A stretch of DNA of 64,000 nt from contig JAWUWM010000050.1 in NCBI GenBank assembly GCA_034111845.1, forward strand, positions 3,562 through 67,561. The letters are read 5' to 3'. The notes beneath the pieces were generated by a model, which had not been told where the DNA came from, did no database searches, and was given only the letters and a program-made list of their open reading frames with translations. Positions 45,898 to 56,950 of the stretch are shown piece after piece. The number at the start of each line of letters is the position of its first letter. The stretch's first letter is position 1. A program made the position numbers and the translations under genes. The DNA comes from Psychroserpens sp. (GTDB lineage: Bacteria; Bacteroidota; Bacteroidia; Flavobacteriales; Flavobacteriaceae).

Positions 45898-46286
45898 ATG
45901 AAAGATTGGATTAACGTTATTTCATTTGTTTGGAGTATGGTATGATTTTAGTCATACTTATTATAATTTTAGGCGAGTTTGAGTTGCTGAGAGGTTATTT
46001 GAAAAAGAAGATATCAAATACGGTTATACGCTATAATGCACAAAAAGGTATTGAAATTTTAGGTTATGTACTACTTGTCTTCTTGATGATCACTTATTTT
46101 TCTGGTGCAATAAAAGATTTCACTATTATCATAGGTTTATTTGCAGCAGGATTGGCCTTTACATTACAGGAATTAATATTAAGTATAGCAGGCTCTATTT
46201 ATATTTTTCTTTTAAAAGTTTATAATCCTGGAGACCGCATTGAAATTAATGGTATTATTGAGCGTTGTGCTAAGTGTTTATGTTAG
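45898..46286 (+). pseudogene. Truncated MscS mechanosensitive channel
   Basis: GLFAAGLAFTLQELILSIAG..YNPGDRIEING then an abrupt end; the 5' end is frameshifted. Confidence 0.8.
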
Positions 46287-46487
46287 TCTATATTGGATGT
46301 AGTTTACGGTTTTTATAGGTGTAAATTTAATTCAATCGGCATTTACAAAATGGTGTTTATTAGAAACCATTCTAGTAAAATGGTGTGTTAAAATGAAAGT
46401 GTTTCTTACTCGTCTTGTTAATTTATGAATGCAATTTTTTATGGTAGTAAGATTGATTTTTTTAAATTTAGCTGAAAGTAATTTTTA

Positions 46488-48458
46488 ATGAAAGAACATA
46501 AGAAAGAGCACTATAGCCACAATCAAATTTTTGGAAAGAAAACTGAACTGTATTATGCTATTTTATGTGGCATCTTTCTGTTCACAGGTTTTTTAATTGA
46601 AAAATTATTTGACTTACCGCATTGGGTGTCTCACTCAAGTTATATCATATCCTATTTTTTTGGAGGCTATTTTATCACTATTGAAGCTTTTAAGAAAATT
46701 ACAAAGGGAGGTTTTGATATTGATTTTTTAATGATTGCTGCAGCTGTAGGAGCTGCTTATATTGGCAGTTGGGCAGAAGGCGCTCTGCTTTTGTTTCTTT
46801 TTAGTTTAGGGCATGCCTTAGAGCATTATGCCATGAATAAAGCAAAAAAATCTATTGAGGCGTTGGGTGAATTATCACCAAAAACAGCCTTGGTAAAAAG
46901 AGGTGATAAGCGAGAAGAAATACCTATAATAGATTTACAAATAAATGATGTTATTGTTGTTAAACCCAACACTAAGATAGCAGCCGATGGCGTTATTATT
47001 AGTGGTAGCAGTAGTATTAATCAAGCACCAATAACTGGAGAAAGTATTCCAGTTGATAAAACATTTATAGACGACACTACCAACTTACCACAGTTTGACC
47101 AGATTGATAGAAAATATATTGTTTTTACAGGGACGATAAATGGAAATCAACTTCTAAATGTATTGGTACTTAAGATAAGCGAAGATTCAACCGTTTCTAG
47201 ATTGATTAAAATGGTTAGTGAGGTTGAAACTCAAAAATCGCCAACACAACGACTTACCAAAAAATTCGAGAAAAAGTACGTGCCTTTGGTGATTATATTA
47301 GTCATTTTATTATGTTTTGCGTTTGTGTTAATTGACGAAAATTTTAATGATAGTTTATATCGAGCAATAACTGTTTTAGTAGCAGCAAGTCCTTGTGCTT
47401 TGGCAATTTCAACACCAAGTGCTGTGTTAAGTGGCATTGCAAGAGCAGCCCAAAAAGGTGTTTTAATTAAAGGCGGAAAGGCTTTAGAAGATTTGGGAGA
47501 AATTACAACGATTGCATTTGATAAGACAGGAACTTTAACCGAAGGGAAGCCAAAACTCACTAATATCATTTCATTAAATAATTTTGATGAGTATGAATTT
47601 GTTCAATTAGTGCTTGAAGTAGAAAGTTTAAGCAATCACCCATTGGCAAAGGCGATAGCGAAGGATTTAAAAGAACAGTATAAGGTTGAATGTCAAAATA
47701 GAGCGTCAAACGTTAATGCTATTCAAGGCCAAGGAATACAAGCAACTTATAATGGAAATACTGTTTTCATCGGAAATATAAAATTGATGGAAAATTCAGC
47801 TATAAAAGTAGATTCAAGTATTATTTACAACATCGATAATCTTTTAAAAAATGGACATACAGTAATGCTTGTAGCTTTTAAATCAGAAATTATAGGATTA
47901 GTAAGTGTCATGGATCTTCCAAGAAAAACAGCTGCAAGTACATTGTTGAGATTGAAAGAAATAGGTATTAAGCATATGATCATGCTCACTGGAGATCACC
48001 AAAATGTTGGTGATGCTATTGCTAAACAAATTGGGCTCACAGAAGCCAAAGGGAATTTATTACCAGAGGATAAAGTAGAAGCTATAAAAACTTTAATTGA
48101 AAGAGATAAAAAAATAGCCATGGTAGGAGATGGTGTTAATGATGCGCCAGCTATGGCATTAAGCACTGTAAGTATTGCTATGGGTGCCGCGGGAAGTGAT
48201 GTGGCTCTAGAGACAGCAGATGTGGCTTTAATGTCTGATAAAATCGAAAATTTACCATTTGTGATTGGTTTGAGTAGAGAATCGAAGCGCATCATCACAC
48301 AGAATATTTTTATCAGTCTAGGTGTCGTCGTTTTATTAGTACCAGTAACTGTTTTAGGACTAACAAATATTGGTTTAGCGGTCGCTTTTCATGAAGGATC
48401 TACTATTGTAGTTGTTTTAAATGCACTGCGATTACTTCGTTTTAAAATGGATTACTAG
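46488..48458 (+). CDS. Heavy-metal P1B-type ATPase (SPC/HEGST, P1B-4-like)
   Basis: TGES, ASPCAL, DKTGT, HP, GDGVNDAP, HEGST. Confidence 0.92.
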   Translation: MKEHKKEHYSHNQIFGKKTELYYAILCGIFLFTGFLIEKLFDLPHWVSHSSYIISYFFGGYFITIEAFKKITKGGFDIDFLMIAAAVGAAYIGSWAEGALLLFLFSLGHALEHYAMNKAKKSIEALGELSPKTALVKRGDKREEIPIIDLQINDVIVVKPNTKIAADGVIISGSSSINQAPITGESIPVDKTFIDDTTNLPQFDQIDRKYIVFTGTINGNQLLNVLVLKISEDSTVSRLIKMVSEVETQKSPTQRLTKKFEKKYVPLVIILVILLCFAFVLIDENFNDSLYRAITVLVAASPCALAISTPSAVLSGIARAAQKGVLIKGGKALEDLGEITTIAFDKTGTLTEGKPKLTNIISLNNFDEYEFVQLVLEVESLSNHPLAKAIAKDLKEQYKVECQNRASNVNAIQGQGIQATYNGNTVFIGNIKLMENSAIKVDSSIIYNIDNLLKNGHTVMLVAFKSEIIGLVSVMDLPRKTAASTLLRLKEIGIKHMIMLTGDHQNVGDAIAKQIGLTEAKGNLLPEDKVEAIKTLIERDKKIAMVGDGVNDAPAMALSTVSIAMGAAGSDVALETADVALMSDKIENLPFVIGLSRESKRIITQNIFISLGVVVLLVPVTVLGLTNIGLAVAFHEGSTIVVVLNALRLLRFKMDY

Positions 48459-48476
48459 ATACTGTAATAATCAAAC

Positions 48477-48519
48477 TGATATCTCTCATAGTTTATAAAA
48501 CAGGCATAATTTATATTTA
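48477..48519 (+). promoter_or_regulatory. Regulon box (1 mismatch) + -7 element
   Basis: TGATATCTCTCA 48477-48488, 23 bp, TATATTTA at 48512. Confidence 0.75.
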
Positions 48520-48533
48520 TTGAAAATTATAGG

Positions 48534-49127
48534 ATGCTCACATTCAAAAACTTCAATATTGCAGATTGGTTTTCATTTTATAGAATAGCAGCAGCACCTT
48601 TTCTGTTGGCGCTTATTTGGTATGACCAACGATTAATTTTTACATGGTTACTTTTAATGAGCTATTCTACAGATGCTATAGACGGCTTTTTAGCACGTAA
48701 ATTTAAAATCACGAGTCCTAGAGGTTCACAGCTCGATTCTTTTGGAGATCAAATAACCTTAATTGTTGGTCTCATTGGTTTATATTATTTTGAAACTGAA
48801 TTTATTAAAACCAATCTTGTTTTAATAGGTGTTGTGTTTATACCTTATATTATTCAAATGATTATTGCCTATTCAAAATATGGAAAAGCTACAGCGTTCC
48901 ATACTTATTTAGCAAAATTATCTGCCGTAATACAAAGCGCTTTTATTTTATGGTCACTATTTTTCTCTCCTAATTATTCTCTATTTTACATTATGATCGG
49001 TATTGGTTTACTAGAAACCTTTGAAGAAATCACACTCATCTTTATGTATGATAACTGGGCTTCAGACGTAAAAGGAACTTATTGGGCTTATAAAGATAAA
49101 AGACGTTTAAAAAAAGGAAAGTCATGA
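48534..49127 (+). CDS. CDP-alcohol phosphatidyltransferase family
   Basis: DAIDGFLAR..GSQLDSFGD motif. Confidence 0.9.
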   Translation: MLTFKNFNIADWFSFYRIAAAPFLLALIWYDQRLIFTWLLLMSYSTDAIDGFLARKFKITSPRGSQLDSFGDQITLIVGLIGLYYFETEFIKTNLVLIGVVFIPYIIQMIIAYSKYGKATAFHTYLAKLSAVIQSAFILWSLFFSPNYSLFYIMIGIGLLETFEEITLIFMYDNWASDVKGTYWAYKDKRRLKKGKS

Positions 49128-50341
49128 GAAGCTATTCACTTTTTACAATACTACTATTATGCAGTGCTATTGTTTGTATAGATATATTGGCTTTTTATTG
49201 GTTGCAATCTATTACAACACTTATAGTCTCTTCTTTTTTAAAAACCACTATCAATGTGCTTTTTTTGCTATTTACATTTGGTTTGGTAACTGGCATTATC
49301 TTATTAAAGATGCAATTAGATAATATGGATCCAAAGCGAAAACATATTCTCATATCGTCAATTTACGGTCTTGCAGTATCGTCGTTCATTCCAAAACTTC
49401 TTTTTGTTGTCATCATTTCGATTTTTTATGTAGCCAATTATATGTTTTCTGAAACCGAATCATTAATCATTGTGCCCGTTATTGGATTATTATCTGGATT
49501 TATTCCGTTTTTCATCATTGTGAATGGGATCTTTAAATTAGCATATCGTTTTAAGGTTCATCATCATAAAGTGAAATTTCAAAACTTACCGAAAGCATTT
49601 AACGGATTAAAAATTGTACAGCTATCTGATATTCATATAGGTAGTTTTAATTATAGGTATCATATTTTAGATCCGGTCATAGAACAGATTAATCACCTTA
49701 AACCTGATTATATATTTGTTACTGGCGATCTTGTAAACAACTATTCATGGGAATTACGTGGATGGGATAACGTGTTTAAAAACCTGAAAGCAACGTATGG
49801 AAAGTATGCCATATTAGGTAATCATGATTATGGAGATTACAGTGAATGGGCCAGTGATGAAGCTAAACAACATAACTTTGATGAGATTAAACAGTTTTAT
49901 GAATCTATTGATTTTAAACTCTTGTTAAATGAATCATTAACCGTATCACAGAAAGATCAAGAGATCGCTTTGATAGGAGTAGAGAATTGGGGAAAACCAC
50001 CTTTTAAGCAATATGGAGATTTAGAGAAAGCATTAGATCCTGTCAAGGAGGTGTCTTTTAAAATTATTTTGTCTCATGACCCAACACACTGGACTGAAGA
50101 AATTCTTAAACATACTGATATTGACCTCACTTTATCTGGCCATACTCATGGTATGCAAGCAGGTTTTGAGCGCAAGAACTTTCAGTGGAGTCCCATAAAA
50201 TATAAGTTTAAGCATTGGGCAGGTCTATATAGACATAACCAACAATATCTTTACGTAAACAGAGGTTTAGGATGGTTAGGTTTTCCTGGGCGTTTAGGGA
50301 TGCGACCAGAGATAACTTGTTTAGAATTAATCTGTACTTAA
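49124..50341 (+). CDS. Membrane-anchored metallophosphoesterase
   Basis: SDIH, TGDLVN, LGNHD, LSH, SGHTHG. Confidence 0.9.
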   Translation: MRSYSLFTILLLCSAIVCIDILAFYWLQSITTLIVSSFLKTTINVLFLLFTFGLVTGIILLKMQLDNMDPKRKHILISSIYGLAVSSFIPKLLFVVIISIFYVANYMFSETESLIIVPVIGLLSGFIPFFIIVNGIFKLAYRFKVHHHKVKFQNLPKAFNGLKIVQLSDIHIGSFNYRYHILDPVIEQINHLKPDYIFVTGDLVNNYSWELRGWDNVFKNLKATYGKYAILGNHDYGDYSEWASDEAKQHNFDEIKQFYESIDFKLLLNESLTVSQKDQEIALIGVENWGKPPFKQYGDLEKALDPVKEVSFKIILSHDPTHWTEEILKHTDIDLTLSGHTHGMQAGFERKNFQWSPIKYKFKHWAGLYRHNQQYLYVNRGLGWLGFPGRLGMRPEITCLELICT

Positions 50342-50352
50342 TAGTTCATTAC

Positions 50353-50395
50353 TGATTTTTATCATAGTTTGAAACTAGGCCCATATCTAACTTGT
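50353..50395 (+). promoter_or_regulatory. Regulon box + -7-like element
   Basis: TGATTTTTATCA 50353-50364, 23 bp, TAACTTGT at 50388. Confidence 0.8.
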
Positions 50396-50417
50396 CAAGA
50401 TTATATATAGTTATATT

Positions 50418-50924
50418 ATGTCAAGAACAAAGAAAGTATTAGTTCTAGTATTATCCGTATTAGGGTTACTGTTTTTGTTAGCAGTTTGGTATAAATATTC
50501 ATATGCTATGGATAAAGCGGAAGCATTTGAAGTGAATTCAGTAAAATATCCGCAAAAGCTCCTAATTGCAACTCAAGGAAGTGAATTTAAGGATGAGGTT
50601 ACTCTCAATGTGATTAATCACTTTAAAGATGATTCTATATTTATTAGTGTCATAGATATTTCCGCTTTAAAAGTAGTCAAACCAGAAGAATATGATGCGC
50701 TTTTGTTGATTCATACATGGGAAAACTGGAAGCCACCAATTGATGTTGACGTTTTTATTAATAGAACTAAAGATTACAAAGATAGAATAGTAGTTATAAC
50801 AACTTCGGGAGAAGGGTCTTATAAAATGTTAGATATAGATGCTATTACGGGTGAATCAAAAATTGAAAATATTTTGCCTTTTACCCAGAAAGCTATTTAT
50901 AAAATTGAGCCAATATTAAATTAA
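50418..50924 (+). CDS. Hypothetical membrane-anchored protein (flavodoxin-like fold possible)
   Basis: N-terminal TM; LLIATQGSEFK, TTSGEG. Confidence 0.7.
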   Translation: MSRTKKVLVLVLSVLGLLFLLAVWYKYSYAMDKAEAFEVNSVKYPQKLLIATQGSEFKDEVTLNVINHFKDDSIFISVIDISALKVVKPEEYDALLLIHTWENWKPPIDVDVFINRTKDYKDRIVVITTSGEGSYKMLDIDAITGESKIENILPFTQKAIYKIEPILN

Positions 50925-50943
50925 AATGTGAAAATTTCAAACA

Positions 50944-51399
50944 ATGATTAGAACACTAAAAGAAAAAGAGAGCATTAAAGTTTTAGAAATAAATTACATT
51001 GGTAACTTATCTTATATCTACCAAAATAGACCTTTTATAGCGCCAATCACTTATTTTTTTGACAAAGCTAATAATGTGATTATTGGTTATTCTGCCGAAG
51101 GACATAAAGTAAACGCCATGCGTAAAAATAACAATGTGTCTCTTGGCGTTTCAAACGTTAATTCTGTGAATTCTTGGGAATCTGTTTTAGCTCAAGGTGC
51201 TTTTTTAGAGCTTTCTGGAAGTGAGGCAAAATCACAGTTACATATATTTTCTCTTGGTGTGAAAGATTTAATTATTAATAAAGAACATAGAAAGCTAGAC
51301 TTTATAAGTGAATTTTCAAGTAAAATCTATAAAGATGATCTCCCTGTTGTTTTTCAAATTAAAATTGAAGAAATTACAGGCAAAATGAGACGTAATTAA
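50944..51399 (+). CDS. Pyridoxamine 5'-phosphate oxidase-like (FMN split-barrel) protein
   Basis: IGNL..PFIAPITY..EGHKV.AMRKN..V..WESV..G..EITG. Confidence 0.85.
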   Translation: MIRTLKEKESIKVLEINYIGNLSYIYQNRPFIAPITYFFDKANNVIIGYSAEGHKVNAMRKNNNVSLGVSNVNSVNSWESVLAQGAFLELSGSEAKSQLHIFSLGVKDLIINKEHRKLDFISEFSSKIYKDDLPVVFQIKIEEITGKMRRN

Positions 51400-51414
51400 T
51401 TAAAATTATCATAA

Positions 51415-52293
51415 ATGAAATACATATATATCATCATACTATTAGTAGTGTTTACAAACTGTAAAAATGATAAAAGAGAGGAGAGCAATAATGGCGTTGA
51501 AGAAATTACTGAGACTAAACCAGTAATAGAAGATTCTTTGCAACGCATTGATTTAGACATTAAGGCTCCAGACAAATCTATTACAATTGAATTAAAACAA
51601 AAACAGTTCATTGAAAAAGTAGATGAAAGGAAAGATTTGCAAAAATTGATCATTGATAAAAGGTATCTCATAGAGAAGGAGGAGTATACAATTAATTTTA
51701 AATATCCGATACTTAATGAGTCTCTTAAACCAACTAACAGAAATTTTAATGATTTTATTAATGAGTATTATGTGAATGTGACTAAAACAGAGTCAGATAT
51801 ATTAGAAAACAAGTTATTGTGTGATAGTATAGAGGCTTTAAAATTCAGAGAAGAACGGTTTATAGATTACAAAATCTATAATGTTAACGATCAACTAGTA
51901 AGTGTGCTTTTTTATAAAGAGAATTTTTATTCGGGAGCAATGCATCCCAGTTATTCTTTTGATGGTTTTAATTTTGATTTGAATAGAGGTGTTTTTATGA
52001 ATTATGAGGACTTTTTTAATTTAGGGTCTGAAGAAGAATTAGTACTATTAATAAATGAAAAAATAAATGAGGAAATAGGAAAAGGAGACTTGTATTACGA
52101 TTGTTGGGAATTGTCCTCAGATGATTTTTTTGAGAGTAAAAATAATTTCGTGCTTAATGATAACTATGTAGAGTTTTATTTTGATGATTGCGTCATGTGT
52201 CCTTCTTACACAGGTACTTATTCTATAGAACTCCCGTTAATAGAATTATTATCAGTTTTGAAAAAATTTGATGCAAACCCTTTAGTTTTTTAG
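51415..52293 (+). CDS. RsiV/DUF3298-like lipoprotein
   Basis: FTNC lipobox, YSGAMHP, NFDL..G, F.F....PSY.G. Confidence 0.75.
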   Translation: MKYIYIIILLVVFTNCKNDKREESNNGVEEITETKPVIEDSLQRIDLDIKAPDKSITIELKQKQFIEKVDERKDLQKLIIDKRYLIEKEEYTINFKYPILNESLKPTNRNFNDFINEYYVNVTKTESDILENKLLCDSIEALKFREERFIDYKIYNVNDQLVSVLFYKENFYSGAMHPSYSFDGFNFDLNRGVFMNYEDFFNLGSEEELVLLINEKINEEIGKGDLYYDCWELSSDDFFESKNNFVLNDNYVEFYFDDCVMCPSYTGTYSIELPLIELLSVLKKFDANPLVF

Positions 52294-52329
52294 TAAAAAT
52301 TGAATAACCTAGAATGAAATGAAAATCTA

Positions 52330-52593
52330 ATGAAAACAAAAGCTTATAAAAATTGTCAAAGTTGTGGTATGCCAATAAGCAAAGACCCAGAAAAGGGGGC
52401 GACAAATTTAGATGGAACAAAAAGTAATTTATACTGCAGTTACTGTTATCAAAATGGTGAGTTTACTTTTAAAGGCACAATGAAAGAGATGCAAATTTTT
52501 TGTAAACAAAAAATGAGAGAAGATGGGTTTTCTAAATTTATAGCGTGGTTATTTACAAGAGGTATTCCTAGACTTCAACGCTGGAAAAAGTAA
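52330..52593 (+). CDS. Zinc-ribbon protein
   Basis: CQSCGMP..YCSYCY..G.F..IPRLQRW. Confidence 0.85.
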   Translation: MKTKAYKNCQSCGMPISKDPEKGATNLDGTKSNLYCSYCYQNGEFTFKGTMKEMQIFCKQKMREDGFSKFIAWLFTRGIPRLQRWKK

Positions 52594-52601
52594 TAATTTA
52601 C

Positions 52602-53449
52602 TCATGCACTAGCTAATACCTCAATAAGTTTTTTACAACCACCTTGTTTTATATATTCCGTGTGATCCTCTAAATTCTTGAATTTTTTACCACAAATATC
52701 ACTGCACAACATGTTGTTATCAGTTGTCTTATTAAAAGCTTTCAGTATTCTTTTCGCTGTTTTATTATTGAAGAATGGTGGGTTTTTGTCAGGGTTCTCT
52801 CGGCACCAATCTAACATACGCTTCCATATAGTTGCACTTAAAGCTCCACAAGCATTACCACTCAAACCAAGTCCGCCAGCAAATCCAGAAACCATCAAAA
52901 TTTCGTGATCACTAGCGTTCATTTGTTTCAAAACTTCAGACGTACAACTTAATGGTTGTTTTGCGATATCAATATCTGCAGACAGGCTTTTAGTAGCAGT
53001 ATCTAATGCTTCTGGAGCCCATTGTTCAGTGAGATTAAAGCAACGCGTATTATTCATGCCTCGTAGTGTGGTTTTAACATAAATTTTGTCATTCCTAAAA
53101 TGGTAGTGAGATTATAACCAATAATGTCTTTGCAATCTGTAGCTTCTGATGCTTTTGCGAAAGAGCTGATAATGTTTTTCGTCGCATTAACTGCAACAGA
53201 GATCGCTTTGTCAAGGTCTTTATGCTTTCTAAAGGATTCTGCTCCAATTGCTAAAGATGCTCCCCAAAGCATACCGCATTGATAACCTTGATTCAAAATG
53301 CCACCAGCTAAAGGATTCAAAGCACGTTCTTCATCTTTCATAGGGTATTCAAATTCACGATTTAATATATAAGCAAAAGTTCTAGAACAGGTTTGATATT
53401 TTTTAAAAACGTCTTTTGCGTCATTTATGTTTTTTATAGATGTTTTCAT
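52602..53449 (-). pseudogene. Tandem C-GCAxxG-C-C redox protein, probably one gene split by a 1-nt deletion
   Basis: Both ORFs carry C..GG..G..CG..A..C motifs. Adding one A at 53072-53075 joins them (LKTTLRGMNNTRC). Two translationally coupled genes (ATGA overlap) cannot be excluded. Confidence 0.6.
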
Positions 53450-53694
53450 TGTATTCGGTATTAAATTTATTCTTAAGATACTGCTTGTAATAAAAGTAGA
53501 CAATGACATATCTCACTATATAACAGAGGTTCTCAGTAATAAATTTATAGGGTGTGAATCTCAAAGTGAGAGATAGTATTAATTATATATTCTGAAAAGG
53601 GCAGCAACAAAAACCTTGGAAGTAACACAATAAAATAGATGAGAATAAAATTTGATATTCAATTTCTCTAATCAATTTTTTAAAAAAGTGTTTA

Positions 53695-53737
53695 TGACTT
53701 ATGTTATTTTATAAGCAGCTGATAATGAGTATTTTTA
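53695..53737 (+). promoter_or_regulatory. Degenerate regulon box + -7 element
   Basis: TGACTTATGTTA 53695-53706, 23 bp, TATTTTTA at 53730. Confidence 0.55.
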
Positions 53738-53763
53738 ATGTCTAATTTAAAAATGTAATACTC

Positions 53764-54195
53764 ATGAAGACTATAACTATTTTACTTATTACACTCTGTT
53801 CAATAGTCTCTTTTAGTCAAACAGAGAATGAAGGTGATATACTAATTAATAAGACTCAGCGGGATCATACCTATTATGCTGGAGAAACCTTCACAGTAAA
53901 TACTGTGGTGCAGAGATACTTGGTCATCGCTGTTGGAAATCTTATTATTAATGATAGTATTAACGAAAACTTGACTGCAGTTGGAGTAGAATATTTTCTC
54001 AACAGTTATATAGCAGATGATTTTCGTATAGCCGCAGGAAGGGCTATTATTGACTCATAAATAGGTGACGATTTAGTTGCTTTTGGTGGGGAAGCTATAC
54101 TTACAGAAAATGCCATAATACAAGGAGGCCTTATTTATGTTACCGGAAATATTGAAATAAATGGTGAAGTAATTTGTGGTGCAATTTTACAGTAA
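53764..54195 (+). pseudogene. Truncated secreted beta-helix (bactofilin-like repeat) protein
   Basis: Signal peptide; YYAG..V....AVG..I..DFRIAAG; frame continues past TAA 54058 (IGDDLVAFGG..IQGGL..G..EINGEV). Confidence 0.7.
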
Positions 54196-54650
54196 AACAG
54201 CAAGAATTTTAAAGGCCCTTCTAATTATTATAGATTACGCCAAGGACTATTCGACCGCGTACATGGAAATGGGTAAATGGTTTATGGAGGGAAAATTAAA
54301 GTGCAAAAAATTCATTGTTAATGGAATATGAAATTTTAATGAAGCATTTCTTAGGTTGTTTTCGGGATAAAATTTAGGTAAACTGATCCTAAAAGTTTCA
54401 TAGCAAGCGTTGGGTGTTTTAAGGATGGTATGTGTTAAGGTGTATGTTTCTAGTGAATTTGAGGTGTAAAAAAACCTAACGAGAACTATTTTCAAGTAGA
54501 AGATCTTATTCTCGATACAAATTTCACTATTTATCAATATCGAAATTCACTCGAATTGATAAATTTTATTAAAATGAACAACGAGTTAATAGATGTAACA
54601 AATCACAAACAATTTATTCTTTCAGGTATCTTTATGCATTTCCTTCTTAA

Positions 54651-54890
54651 TCATTTCTTAAGTAATCGAAAATTTTCCCGAAGAAAAACATAAACTTTTA
54701 ATGCATGAAGTATTAGTGCAATTCCCCAGCCCATCATTGGCCATTTTGCCCAGAAATAATCTGGTGACCAGAATAAATTAATGATAATGAGTAATGTATT
54801 TATAAATATATACACGTATACATGATTTCTAAACGCAATTTTTGCTTCAACGCGTTGTTTTGCATTTTGATATGCATCATTTGTTTTCAT
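54651..54890 (-). CDS. 2TM-domain protein
   Basis: Y..AK.RV....F..H...Y..IN..L..IN...WA.WP..GWG.AL..HA..V. Confidence 0.85.
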   Translation of the reverse strand: MKTNDAYQNAKQRVEAKIAFRNHVYVYIFINTLLIIINLFWSPDYFWAKWPMMGWGIALILHALKVYVFLRENFRLLKK

Positions 54891-54941
54891 GATAGATGTT
54901 TTTTATGATGTATTGTTTCCAAATAATTTTTTAAGTCGTCA

Positions 54942-55009
54942 TAAATTTACAAGGATAACCTTAGTAAATAAATGATTTATATCAGTAAAAACGGATATGA
55001 TGGTTATCA
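54942..55009. promoter_or_regulatory. Two adjacent regulon boxes at a divergent junction
   Basis: TGATTTATATCA 54973-54984 (23 bp to TAAATTTA, minus); TGATGGTTATCA 54998-55009 (nearest TAATTTTA only 18 bp away). Confidence 0.75.
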
Positions 55010-55041
55010 TATATTATTAGATAGTATTAATTTTAGTCAAA

Positions 55042-55543
55042 ATGACGGAAAATGAGATGAGGTATACTGAAATTATAGATTGGCTATTAGAAGGTGATGT
55101 ATAGATACAATACCAAGTGCATCGTGATTTGCTTTCTAGAAATCGCGATGACCTTCAACAAAGAATAGAAAAAAAGTTTTTGGTGCTCAATTTTTATCTA
55201 GGCGTCAAGAAAAAGGGCATTAGGGAAAAGCATTTTATAAACCCAAATGGACATCATCCACTATACGCTAATGGCCTTAAGAAATCTTTGTATGTCACAC
55301 CTGATGTTTTTCTGATAAAAGAATCTATAGATATCATTTTGACTACCTGTAAATCTAAAGATGGTGGTATTCTTCCTAATGCAAAAAAAACGTGATGTTT
55401 GTTTAAATGGCATGGCTTTTAATTATATGATTTATTTCAAAGTTGAAGCTGAAAAACTACAATATGTTATCGACTGCTTACTAAACGAACTTATGCTAGA
55501 TGACGGTTTTAAAGTCCGACTAATAAAACTGGAAGTGTATTAA
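55042..55543 (+). pseudogene. Degraded terpene-cyclase/prenyltransferase-repeat-like protein
   Basis: IIDWLLEGDV*IQYQVHRDLL, then DGG, DVCLNGM..NY..YF and L.E.M.D.GF in broken frames. Confidence 0.6.
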
Positions 55544-55570
55544 GTATGAAGATTTTATTCGTATTTTATG

Positions 55571-56059
55571 TTAATAGCCTAACTTATTCTTTAATGTCGG
55601 TACTTCCCATTTTATCATTTCCTTTAAAAAGTCATCTACTTTTTCTATTATCAGTTTTTTTGTAATATCATCTGGACTGTAAATTTCTAGCTCGATACTA
55701 CTATTCTCTAAAGATATTTGCTCTACATATGGAAATAGAATGAATGTATGCACATCTCCAGTATACGACTCTGAAAACACTAAAGCTCCTCCTTGCATAA
55801 ACTGATAGGCCGGAATTTGATTGGTAGATTCTATAAGCTCTTTTGGAAACGAATCAAATGTAATATTTATGGCTTCATTTGTGCCAATCCAATTGAGTTC
55901 TTGAACTTTCCAACCAATATCATATTGTTTGCAAATTGCGTTTAAAGTGTTAATAATTATACTTTTGGTTTTAGTTTGCCAAATCGTCTTTTTATCTACA
56001 ACGGTTTTAATAGATACCTTGTAATCATTAATGCGTTCTTGTAAATGTTCTATTTTCAT
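55571..56059 (-). CDS. Hypothetical protein
   Basis: Intact 162-aa ORF with GGALVFS..Y.G; no motif recognised. Confidence 0.7.
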   Translation of the reverse strand: MKIEHLQERINDYKVSIKTVVDKKTIWQTKTKSIIINTLNAICKQYDIGWKVQELNWIGTNEAINITFDSFPKELIESTNQIPAYQFMQGGALVFSESYTGDVHTFILFPYVEQISLENSSIELEIYSPDDITKKLIIEKVDDFLKEMIKWEVPTLKNKLGY

Positions 56060-56330
56060 AATAAATAGTTATGATGTTATTGTTAAGTTATTTAAACATA
56101 AAAAGGTCAGAATCGAGCCAATTACAGCGAGAATAAACCAGAAAATCACTAAAAATAGATTCGCTTCTATATCTTGTCAAAATTGACTCAAAATCATAGC
56201 TATTAGAAAAAAAAAACCAATTGTACTTGCCTTGACAAGTAGTATTCCTATTAATTGACATCCATAACTTTTCAAAATAACCTGATGTTAAAAATCTACT
56301 TTTTGAGCTAAATTTTTCTCTCAATTACAA

Positions 56331-56735
56331 TTATAGTTTTTCAAGAAAATATTTCATGAGGTCTTCTGTAGATACAATGCCTACAATATTTTTACCCTCA
56401 ACTATTGGGACTGCACGAAATTTTCCTTTTGAAAGTACGGAGGCTATTTCTTTAATCGTGGTATCAGGTCTTGATGAATAGGGGTTGGAGGTCATAATAT
56501 CCTTAACCAAGAGTTCGGTGTATATAGAATTATTATCATCAAGACCAGCACCTTTAATTCTGTACATAAAATCAATTAAACTTACCATTCCAACCAGCTT
56601 GCCATTTTCGGTAACAGGAATGTGATGGTGAAATTTTTTTTTCTCATAAATGTGCTTAACATCTATGATTTCTTGTTTTGGAGAAACACAAACGACATTT
56701 TTTGTCATGATTGAAGATACAGGTGTAGATTTCAT
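56331..56735 (-). CDS. CBS-pair protein
   Basis: VSSIMT..HHIPV..GKLVGMVS; VKDIMT..AVPIV..VGIVS.ED. Confidence 0.92.
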   Translation of the reverse strand: MKSTPVSSIMTKNVVCVSPKQEIIDVKHIYEKKKFHHHIPVTENGKLVGMVSLIDFMYRIKGAGLDDNNSIYTELLVKDIMTSNPYSSRPDTTIKEIASVLSKGKFRAVPIVEGKNIVGIVSTEDLMKYFLEKL

Positions 56736-56759
56736 AATATATAAGTATTAAAACTAAAG

Positions 56760-56833
56760 CCAAATTAAATTAAAGTCTACTAAAAACTCATGATTAATAT
56801 CATTTTTAAGCACATGCTTAAGTAATATATTTA
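56760..56833. promoter_or_regulatory. One regulon box serving two divergent promoters
   Basis: TGATTAATATCA 56791-56802; TAATTTGG (minus, 56767) and TATATTTA (plus, 56826), each 23 bp away. Confidence 0.85.
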
Positions 56834-56950
56834 GTTCTAAATTAAAACCATTTTTAGAATATGAAACGAGCATGCAAAAAGTTTTATTATTCCAAAGGAA
56901 TGATTAATAGCAACAGCATGTAATTTTTAAAACATAATAAATAAATACAT

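Noticed and set aside
54247-54537. 96-aa ORF, and the 78-aa ORF at 56088-56324
   Set aside because: Weak starts and no recognisable motif; more likely eroded gene remnants read in arbitrary frames.
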